Shown here one piece after another: positions 6,303-13,376 of a stretch of 24,000 nucleotides of DNA; position 1 is the first letter of the stretch, and every line of letters starts with the position of its first letter. The position numbers were made by a program, and so were the translations under genes. The notes beneath the pieces are model-generated. The model was not told where the DNA came from. It searched no databases and was given only the letters and a program-made list of their open reading frames with translations. The stretch is from an uncultured Gammaproteobacteria bacterium. GTDB taxonomy: Bacteria > Pseudomonadota > Gammaproteobacteria > Steroidobacterales > Steroidobacteraceae. The stretch lies in contig CAVWLU010000004.1 in NCBI GenBank assembly GCA_963755965.1, forward strand, positions 395,578-419,577. The letters run 5' to 3'.

Positions 6303-8717
6303 GTGGAAGAGAAGTTATCAAAGAAGATTGCCCTCGAGATGCTACAGGCCGAATCTGCGGCCGACGTGAAGACCATATTGGCCGACGAGGACGCTAGCTA
6401 TTATTTTTCAGACTCTGCCAATTGGTCGAATTACGGCAATCGTGAGAAAAACTGGGACACCGTAGGTAACCAACAGACGAATGCAGTTAGCTCTCTGGTT
6501 GAGCTAATCGTAAACGCCGAAGACGCGATTCTGCTACGGAAGGCAGCAGAGCACGGTCTAAAAGATTTCCGGGGTGCGGGCGCGCCCAACTCGATGACTG
6601 ACGCAGTGAAAATGTTTTTCCCTCAGGTTAACGAGGGCAAAATTCAGAAGTTATCGCCTGCTGAACGGACCGAACTCGCGGACCAATGTATTCGAATCGG
6701 TATTCGCCGGTCCGACAGGAAAAACGGCCGGTTTCCCACTTACGTCGTGCTCGATTCGGGCTGCGGCCAGCCGCACGACAAATTTGCAGAAACCTTTCTT
6801 TCCTTGGGTGAGAAAAACAAGGAAGGCATTCAGTTTGTGCAGGGCAAGTTCAATATGGGTAGTACCGGTAGTCTCCGGTTTTGCACCCGCTCTGAAATCA
6901 AATATGGCCACTACAAATTGATAATGTCCAGACCAGCTGGCTCGCTGTATTGGGGCTGGACTCTGGTGCGGATAAGGTCGCCCGAGGGCAGAGAAGTGCT
7001 CCCGGTTACAGAGTATTTTTCGCCAGGTAAATCGATTCCGCGATTTCGTGACAACGAGCTGCAGGGCTTCAACCACACGACGTATGGACTGATCGACTCG
7101 GGCTCCATCGTCAAGCTCTACGAGTACGACATCGGGCGTGGCAACAGTGGGGTTGATTTCGGCTTATATGATGCGTTAACGGTAAGCCTCATCGATTGTG
7201 CACTCCCTATCAGGCTCTACGACTTTGATGCCGTTCCGCTAACTGGCAGGGGAAAATTGCGCGCCGAGGGTATTGCGGCTCGGACATTCAGCGGCCTGAA
7301 CGTAGTCCTCGGTGCGGAAATGACCGAAGAGGTCGATGAAAATGGCGAGTTCAAAGAGAAGGGAGACCCGGATACCGAGTTTGTTTATCAAGTCACGGAA
7401 TACAACGATGACGAACTTGGAAAGATCAAAATTATCGCGACTGGACTGCGCAAGATAAAAGATTTTTTACGGCATCAGCCAGCCCGCATTTTTTACACCA
7501 TCAATGGGCAAGCACACGCTACCGAGCGTGCGAGCTTTTTGAATCAGCGGTGTAATTTGGCCGACTTGGTAGGCCATCTGATCGTTAATGTGGTTTGCGA
7601 TGACTTGAATCGCACTGCTCTCGCGACCATTTTTATGCCAGATCGTGAGCGAAAGACACAGACCGAGTTGGCTCGGCGACTCGAAGATATCGTGATACAC
7701 GAGCTTAAGACCGACGAGAAGCTGCGCCAATACGCTTCTGAGATTCGTATGCGACGGGCCACCGAAAAGGTGGACGATTCCGATGCTACCAAGGAGTTGC
7801 TGAAGGAATTGGTCAAGGCTGATCCGGCCATTCGGGATCTCTTTGGGATGGGCGCATTTATGCCTATGGGCATCGGTGGCTATGAGGATGGAGAAGGCAA
7901 AGGCCAGAAGATGGGCGATGTGAAAGGCTATAAGGGAAAGAAGTTCCCGACCTTCTTAAAGATGCTCAATGTGAGAGAGGAAAACGGCGTTTTCTACAAA
8001 GAAGTGCCTATTAATGCCTTCCGTCGAATCGAATGTGGAACCGATGCGGAGAATGAGTATCTGACGCGCGTGGATAGTCCCGGCAAAGTCTGGACCTCTC
8101 TGCCGCCTGAGCAATTGCCCAGTTCGATCAAGCTCAATAACGGTGTCGCGAGGATCACCATACGTGCCCCAGAAGGTGCCAAGGTGGGCGAGGTGCATAC
8201 GGCCGAATTCGGGTTCGTTGATCACGGGCCGAATGTAGAGCCGCTGAAGGTGAGCGTGCAGGTACGTTTCACCGAGGCCGAAGAACCGCAGAAGGGCGGT
8301 AATGGATCCAAAAAGAAGACCGCGGAGGCGGCGCAACAGGGCGCGGGTCAGCCTGAGTTTGTCTTTGTCCGCCAAGCAGACTGGGGTGAATACGGGTTCG
8401 ATGATGATGCTGGCGCGTATGTGGCTCTGAGCGATAACCCTCGCGTATACGTGAACCAAGACAATCGGTACTTGGTCAGTATGCGAACCAAGGAAAAGGA
8501 CGAGGCGCAAAGGATATTAAATGAGAACACGTTCAAAATGGGTTTGGGCCTGATAGCGCTGGCGGTCCATAAGAAAGCCAGCGCTCCTGGGAAGGGCGAA
8601 GACGCGGGGGAAGCGCCAGCTGAGGAAGTGGACGCGGAACAAGCGACGAGGCAGGCGACCGCTGCAATCGCGCCGTACATCGTTACCATTGTTCGACGGC
8701 TCGGCGGGAGCGCGTGA
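6303..8717 (+). CDS. GHKL-superfamily (Bergerat-fold, MutL/MORC/Hsp90-like) ATPase, 804 aa, C-terminal 600 aa unassigned
   Basis: N-box ELIVNAEDA (E67/N71/D74), G1-box VVLDSGCGQP (D151-G153-G155) and G2-box GKFNMGSTGS are in correct order and spacing. GTG start at 6303 has AAGGAAG 4-5 nt upstream. I could not recognise any nuclease motif in the remainder. Confidence 0.7.
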   Translation: MEEKLSKKIALEMLQAESAADVKTILADEDASYYFSDSANWSNYGNREKNWDTVGNQQTNAVSSLVELIVNAEDAILLRKAAEHGLKDFRGAGAPNSMTDAVKMFFPQVNEGKIQKLSPAERTELADQCIRIGIRRSDRKNGRFPTYVVLDSGCGQPHDKFAETFLSLGEKNKEGIQFVQGKFNMGSTGSLRFCTRSEIKYGHYKLIMSRPAGSLYWGWTLVRIRSPEGREVLPVTEYFSPGKSIPRFRDNELQGFNHTTYGLIDSGSIVKLYEYDIGRGNSGVDFGLYDALTVSLIDCALPIRLYDFDAVPLTGRGKLRAEGIAARTFSGLNVVLGAEMTEEVDENGEFKEKGDPDTEFVYQVTEYNDDELGKIKIIATGLRKIKDFLRHQPARIFYTINGQAHATERASFLNQRCNLADLVGHLIVNVVCDDLNRTALATIFMPDRERKTQTELARRLEDIVIHELKTDEKLRQYASEIRMRRATEKVDDSDATKELLKELVKADPAIRDLFGMGAFMPMGIGGYEDGEGKGQKMGDVKGYKGKKFPTFLKMLNVREENGVFYKEVPINAFRRIECGTDAENEYLTRVDSPGKVWTSLPPEQLPSSIKLNNGVARITIRAPEGAKVGEVHTAEFGFVDHGPNVEPLKVSVQVRFTEAEEPQKGGNGSKKKTAEAAQQGAGQPEFVFVRQADWGEYGFDDDAGAYVALSDNPRVYVNQDNRYLVSMRTKEKDEAQRILNENTFKMGLGLIALAVHKKASAPGKGEDAGEAPAEEVDAEQATRQATAAIAPYIVTIVRRLGGSA

Positions 8718-9151
8718 CCGCGAAGGATCAGAACAAAGCGATAGGCAGGGTGCCAGCATTCGGCACCAAGATCGAGTTGGTTATGGGTTCCGCCCTATGG
8801 GCGGCTGGGGTTCGGTACCGGAAACAGTATCGAAAGATCCCGGGACGCCCTGATTTCGTGGTGCCGAAAGCGAAGCTAGCCATCTTTTGTGACTCGTCTT
8901 TTTGGCACGGTCGGGGCTGGCCAGACTCCGCCGTGCAATTTCGTACTAATCGCGAGTTTTGGTTACCTAAAATTGAGCGTAATATTCGGCGCGATGAGGA
9001 AGTCAATAGACTCCTCGCCGAATTGGGCTGGACGACTCTTCGGTTTTGGGACGACGAGATCCTAAAACGGACGAATGAGTGCGTGGCCCAGGTGCTGGAC
9101 GCTATCTATAAGGGAATCTCTAGTCACGATGACAAGAACTGTAGCGATTGA
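8714..9151 (+). CDS. vsr: Vsr-like (very-short-patch repair type) endonuclease, divergent
   Basis: Contains PGRPDFVV, AIFCDSSFWH, FWLPKIERNIRRD and LGWTTLRFW, which match the Vsr pattern PGxPDxV / FWH / FW..KI..N..RD / GW..l..W. The GTG start overlaps the ATPase stop as GTGA. Confidence 0.8.
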   Translation: MTAKDQNKAIGRVPAFGTKIELVMGSALWAAGVRYRKQYRKIPGRPDFVVPKAKLAIFCDSSFWHGRGWPDSAVQFRTNREFWLPKIERNIRRDEEVNRLLAELGWTTLRFWDDEILKRTNECVAQVLDAIYKGISSHDDKNCSD

Positions 9152-10289
9152 TTTTTTCTGCGGCGCGGGAGGGATGACCAACGGCTTGATCAAAGCCGGG
9201 ATACACGTCATCGCTGGCGTCGACAATGAACCGCTGTGCGAAACAACTTATCGGCAGAACCGGAATGTTGACGGTACGGCTCCCGAGTACATCTGCAAGA
9301 ATGTGTTCCCGAAAAGCTCCTTCTGTCCCGAAGGGCAGAGAAAAGAGATTGTTGCTCAGATTGAGCAGTTGCTCCACGACTACAGGCGGCGCACGGGATT
9401 GCGCAAGCTGAATTTGATCTTGGCGATTTGTGCACCTTGCCAGCCGTTTACAAAAATAACCAAGATCAAGATGTCGAAAGGGCGGCAGTTCAAGAGAACG
9501 AACGACAGGAATTTGCTGCTCACAACAACCAAGTTCATATCGGTATTTCGACCTGATGCCATCCTTTGTGAGAACGTCGAAGGGCTGGCAAACGAATCAA
9601 ACTCACTGTTGGCCTCGTTCAAGCGACGGCTTAAGCGCCTGGATTACGAGTTCGACGCAAAAATCGTCAATGCAGCGAAATTCGGTATCCCTCAGAATCG
9701 CAAGCGCACGATAGGGATTGCGGTGGATCGTACCAAGCACAAGTTCGAATTGACTATCGAAGAGGCCAACTCGCGGGTTAAGGAGCCCCCCACTGTCGAA
9801 TCGGTCATTGGATATCTGCCGCCTATTGCCGCTGGAGAAATCCACCCTACCGTCAGAAATCACCGAGCGCGCGACCTCAATAGCTTGAACTTGAAACGTA
9901 TTTCCTGCGCGGTGCCTGGCGAATCCAACGCCTACCTTTCGAAAACTCCGTATGGCGATTTGAGTTTGGATTGCCATCGTCGATTAACGAAGAAGGCTGG
10001 GGCGCCAAGCTTTACGGATACATACACTCGAATGCGAGGGGATCTTCAAGCCCCAACAATCACTACCAAGAGTATGTCGATAACAAACGGTCGCTTCGGT
10101 CACTATGACGTGAAGCAAAATCGCGGCTTGAGTCCGCGTGAAGCAGCGCTTCTGCAAACATTCCCGAGAGGCTATGTGTTTCATCCGGAAGACAACCTTG
10201 AATTTACTGCGCAACTCATCGGGAATGCGGTGCCACCTCGGTTGGCGAAATTCTTTGGCAATTATCTTCGAGAGCAGATAGAAGGATAG
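9129..10289 (+). CDS. dcm: DNA (cytosine-5)-methyltransferase
   Basis: Motif I FFCGAGGM, motif IV APCQPF, motif VI CENVEG, motif VIII PQNRKR and motif X GNAVPP. I prefer ATG 9129 (MTRTVAIDFFCG) to the track start at 9075. It overlaps the vsr 3' end by 23 nt. Confidence 0.9.
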   Translation: MTRTVAIDFFCGAGGMTNGLIKAGIHVIAGVDNEPLCETTYRQNRNVDGTAPEYICKNVFPKSSFCPEGQRKEIVAQIEQLLHDYRRRTGLRKLNLILAICAPCQPFTKITKIKMSKGRQFKRTNDRNLLLTTTKFISVFRPDAILCENVEGLANESNSLLASFKRRLKRLDYEFDAKIVNAAKFGIPQNRKRTIGIAVDRTKHKFELTIEEANSRVKEPPTVESVIGYLPPIAAGEIHPTVRNHRARDLNSLNLKRISCAVPGESNAYLSKTPYGDLSLDCHRRLTKKAGAPSFTDTYTRMRGDLQAPTITTKSMSITNGRFGHYDVKQNRGLSPREAALLQTFPRGYVFHPEDNLEFTAQLIGNAVPPRLAKFFGNYLREQIEG

Positions 10290-10505
10290 TTCCGCAGTTC
10301 CAGGCCCCGGCGAGCGAAGATTTGCGATGTAACAATGGCCAGTGAATCACCAGCCCCCTCCTTTTGCGGATTAGGCTTTCGTTTCTCTTAAAGATTGGCT
10401 CGCAGCTTTGAAATTTGAAACAAGATTTCCTGATTGCGATGAATTGAGACGCGTAATCTGGCTACAACCGCCGTCGCTTCCTTCAACACCGCCAAATCCG
10501 ATGCC

Positions 10506-10558
10506 ACATCAGCCGGAGACGTCTTCAGATCTGACTTCGTGGTGAGTCTGCCGAGTAA
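10506..10558. repeat. Copy A of an imperfect ~55-bp direct repeat (partner at 11748-11801)
   Basis: By-eye alignment gives 16 identical nt (ACATCAGCCGGAGACG), then CTTCAGA, GACT, TCG, GGT, TGCC and AGT blocks. This is roughly 80 percent identity with one 1-nt indel. Confidence 0.7.
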
Positions 10559-10706
10559 GGCAGGATTGGGGACCGCTTAACTTCGCGTGCGCTCAATCGG
10601 TTTGCTTGCAAAATTGCATAGCACATTCATTCCGCCTCGGCGATTTACTTTCCCTTTGATCACCACGATCTTTCGCTCCCGTCGTAAACAACTGGAGTGA
10701 TCGAAA

Positions 10707-11279
10707 ATGAACCTAGAAGATTCAATGTCCGTTGCTCGTGATCGCGCACGAAAAAACGCCAAGTCAAAATCGAGCAAGAATCGTCGTCGATCTCCTACGA
10801 AGGTCGCGAAACACACAGGCAATCAGATGACGTGCCGGCTTTGTGATAAGCGTGTCGGGCAATCTGAGCGCAGAGGAATGACCACGTCAGACGCGCAAGG
10901 GGCTGCTCAGGAAGAGCATATGCAGGCCCAGCCCACGGCACCGATGTTGCCTCGCGAATCTGTCGGGACTCTTGGTAAGAACTTGGCCGCGAAACGCGCG
11001 AAGGCGGCTTCAACGCCTGCTTCTGTCGAGGGGGCGAGGCGGGTCAAGGTCACTGTGAAGCAGATGGTCCTGGACGCGTTCTACGCGGATCAGAGGAAGG
11101 TACTAAGCACCAAAGATGCCGTGGCCGCGATACAGGCGTCTCATCCCGGGACGAATGAAAGCAGCATCCGCGTTTGGATCAGTGACTTCCGCAAGGACGG
11201 TTCCATCAAATTGGTGAGAAAAGATGGACGCGAGCCATTTTTGAAAGCTGGCAAGCTGGGTAAGTTCGCCCTGCGATAA
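10707..11279 (+). CDS. Hypothetical protein, basic N-terminus, possible winged-helix-like C-terminal domain
   Basis: GGAG lies 9 nt upstream of ATG 10707. The Lys/Arg-rich N-terminal 40 aa are followed by a C-terminal segment (VKQMVLDAFY...STKDAVAAIQ...IRVWISDFRKDGSIKLV) that looks like a small DNA-binding fold. That assignment is inference only. Confidence 0.45.
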   Translation: MNLEDSMSVARDRARKNAKSKSSKNRRRSPTKVAKHTGNQMTCRLCDKRVGQSERRGMTTSDAQGAAQEEHMQAQPTAPMLPRESVGTLGKNLAAKRAKAASTPASVEGARRVKVTVKQMVLDAFYADQRKVLSTKDAVAAIQASHPGTNESSIRVWISDFRKDGSIKLVRKDGREPFLKAGKLGKFALR

Positions 11280-11384
11280 AACTGCGCCGATTCGTTTAGC
11301 AATTCCCCTGTGTTGAGCAACGCAGAACTAAACTCTTAAGGAAACTCCCGGTATCCTTCTAAGGTAGTAACAACTTTCTAAGTT

Positions 11385-11657
11385 ATGGAGATTGAGATGC
11401 CCAAGACCAAAGATGAAATCGCGATGCTAGTGGATAAAGGTACTGCCAGATATTTTGACAAAAACAATATGTGGGAGTGGATTAGGGAGTATGTAACAGA
11501 GTGTCTCGGTGATACTGATGAGATGACTGATGAAGATTGGGAATCTATTGATCAGACGTTCGCTGAAAAGCAGCAAACGTTTTTTTGGGGTTTTGAGACT
11601 ACGAAAGACATCATCGATGAGCCTAATCCAGGAAATGAGGAGGTCACCTCGACCTAA
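11385..11657 (+). CDS. Small highly acidic protein (86-90 aa)
   Basis: 24 Asp/Glu against 8 Lys/Arg, counted in the 90-aa translation. GGAG at 11387-11390 favours the internal ATG 11397 as the start. Locally AT-rich. Confidence 0.5.
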   Translation: MEIEMPKTKDEIAMLVDKGTARYFDKNNMWEWIREYVTECLGDTDEMTDEDWESIDQTFAEKQQTFFWGFETTKDIIDEPNPGNEEVTST

Positions 11658-11747
11658 CCAACAGCGATGGCGGAGCGCCGGGGTCAAAACTGCCGCCTCA
11701 AAGCCTTAAAAAAGCTGCCGATTGCGATCTACCAACGGGGTTAGCCT

Positions 11748-11801
11748 ACATCAGCCGGAGACGCCTTCAGAGCCGACTATCGGGTCGGTTTGCCTAGTGA
11801 T
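11748..11801. repeat. Copy B of the ~55-bp direct repeat, overlapping the integrase stop codon and last 8 codons
   Basis: See copy A. The integrase stop (CTA on plus, 11777-11779) lies inside the repeat. Confidence 0.7.
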
Positions 11802-13246
11802 ATGGGGCTGCGCTTCGGCTTGCGAGCTTTGATTCCTGGCCTTGATCCGAACGTTTTTAAGGTCGGTTCAAGCGTGGGCAATTTGAACTTGCGTTTATAT
11901 GCAATTGGATCAACTTTAACAGCCTTATCGACATCCGGTGTGTTCACGACGGTGAATCCACCTTCATCATCGTACTGGACCTGGCGCTTGCTGAATTGCT
12001 TGGTCGCCATTTCGCCGAGCACGTGCGAATACGTACTTTCGATTTCGGAAACTGAGGTTCCAGCCGCCTTCGCTATCAAATGGATCGGTTCACCTGCGAG
12101 CAAGCGATTAGTAATCCAAAAGTGCCGGCAGTGATAGGTATCGAACCAACCAATACCGCGTTCCTTTAGCTTCATTCGCAATAGCTTGTAATTGTGGTAG
12201 TAAACATCCCGGGCATCCTGTTTTCCGTCATTCATTGTTGAGAAGACATAGTGGCCAGGTTCATTGAACTTCTGATACTCAGTTATCCACCGGATAAGAT
12301 AATTGGTTTGCTCGGTTCGTTTGACGTTGCCACCATATGACGCGTGAAATGAGATTTGGCGTCCCTGCCGAACCTTTGATGTTTCAGGTCGAATATTGAT
12401 GAGGCATTCGTTTGCCTGACTCCGCACAACAACGTCCTTGTTTCGCAGTCCGAACAGCTCGCCAGAACGCATTCCCGAGTTGGAAATAACCAGTACAAAG
12501 TGCCTGAGAAGCAAGCGATTGTAAGTTTCCCGTTCATTTTTGGCTTCTTTGATCCAATGATAGATCGTGGTGAGAAAGTCCAAATAATTCCGTTGAGTCA
12601 TTCGCTGCCGTTTGGGACCTTCTTTTTCGACCTGGAAAGACCATTTTGGAATGACTCTTTCAGTGCACAGCTTTTCCTTGTTTGCATAAAGGAACATTTT
12701 GCGGATGGTGAGCAGTTCATCGCGAACCACATCGCGTCTTATCGTTTTTCCCCGACTTTGAGCTTCCGCAAAGCGCCATTCCAAATATTCGTTCCAAATA
12801 TCGCCATCCAAGCTGGATATCCGAGTTTGTAGATCCTTGCCTTTGTGCTTCAAAAAGCTAACGCAGTGATTCAGGCGAGTGCCGTGATTATCAAGCGTGT
12901 TTTTGGAGAGTTGGCCCTGTTCAACAAGGGCTTGTTGATGAAGGCTGAAGCGCCGCCTCAAATCCGCGAGTGAGACCGCCAAAATCCTTTCGCCGGATTG
13001 AACCTTCGCAAGGACTTGAATCAGCTCTTTGGTCGCTAACTCGCGCGCTATTCGCAAGTCATCAGTCTTTAGGGACTTCCGGAAATGCCGGCGTTCCTCT
13101 TTGAGGTAAATGCGAAAGAACCAGCTGCTTCTCGACAGGTCAGCTCGCCGGTACAGCGTTCCGATGTAGGGTCCGAACGCGAAAGATTCCGTGTCTTTTT
13201 GGTAGGTGTCGGTCATTTTCATACCCGTTTGAAAACCCGTTACCAC
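11777..13246 (-). CDS. int: Tyrosine recombinase / phage-type integrase
   Basis: Catalytic-domain motifs are present: NSGMRSGELFGLR (box I Arg), HCRHFWITN (H-x-x-R) and SEIESTYSHV (catalytic Tyr). The N-terminal arm-type-like segment WFFRIYLKEERRHFRKSL resembles P4-like integrases. The start may be an internal ATG at 13224 or 13218. Confidence 0.9.
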   Translation of the reverse strand: MVTGFQTGMKMTDTYQKDTESFAFGPYIGTLYRRADLSRSSWFFRIYLKEERRHFRKSLKTDDLRIARELATKELIQVLAKVQSGERILAVSLADLRRRFSLHQQALVEQGQLSKNTLDNHGTRLNHCVSFLKHKGKDLQTRISSLDGDIWNEYLEWRFAEAQSRGKTIRRDVVRDELLTIRKMFLYANKEKLCTERVIPKWSFQVEKEGPKRQRMTQRNYLDFLTTIYHWIKEAKNERETYNRLLLRHFVLVISNSGMRSGELFGLRNKDVVVRSQANECLINIRPETSKVRQGRQISFHASYGGNVKRTEQTNYLIRWITEYQKFNEPGHYVFSTMNDGKQDARDVYYHNYKLLRMKLKERGIGWFDTYHCRHFWITNRLLAGEPIHLIAKAAGTSVSEIESTYSHVLGEMATKQFSKRQVQYDDEGGFTVVNTPDVDKAVKVDPIAYKRKFKLPTLEPTLKTFGSRPGIKARKPKRSPISLGKPTR

Positions 13247-13326
13247 GATGTTGACGGGTATATCTACGGGCTAGACGATACGCTAACCGACTGTATTTAC
13301 TATCGACGGGTACGTCGCGGGTACGT
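13221..13326. repeat. Cluster of ACGGGT(A/T) motifs in both orientations between int and guaA (candidate arm-type or RDF binding sites)
   Basis: ACCCGTT at 13223-13229 and 13235-13241 (minus-sense ACGGGT). ACGGGTA at 13254-13260 and 13306-13312. CGGGTACGT at 13307-13315 and 13318-13326, 11 bp apart. Confidence 0.45.
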
Positions 13327-13351
13327 GTCACGCTTTATATAAGTGTCTGAT

Positions 13352-13367
13352 TATAAAACGTTTTATA
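13352..13367. promoter_or_regulatory. Perfect 16-bp AT-rich palindrome TATAAAACGTTTTATA, 10 nt downstream of the guaA stop (candidate att core or weak guaA terminator)
   Basis: Read directly and self-complementary over all 16 positions. It sits at the compositional junction between island and core. Confidence 0.4.
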
Positions 13368-13376
13368 CTTGTACAA

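Larger units (their letters stand above)
1..13376. mobile_element. Right-hand portion of an integrated genomic island at the guaA 3' end (integrase-proximal end present, distal end outside the window)
   Basis: A tyrosine integrase gene lies about 130 bp from the guaA stop codon. Base composition shifts visibly from AT-richer to GC-rich at about 13,370. The cargo is typical accessory content (recombinases, nucleases, methyltransferase, Rep-like gene). The guaA 3' end is a documented target for integrase-borne islands (GIsul2-type). Confidence 0.7.

Noticed and set aside
10577-10822. 81-aa minus-strand ORF, and the in-frame 60-codon stretch after its stop (10388-10576) ending ...ILFQISKLRANL
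   Set aside because: The ORF overlaps the better-supported plus-strand gene at 10707 and has junk-like composition. The downstream stretch has no usable start. I treat it only as part of the possible integrase-3'-end relic discussed under the direct-repeat finding.
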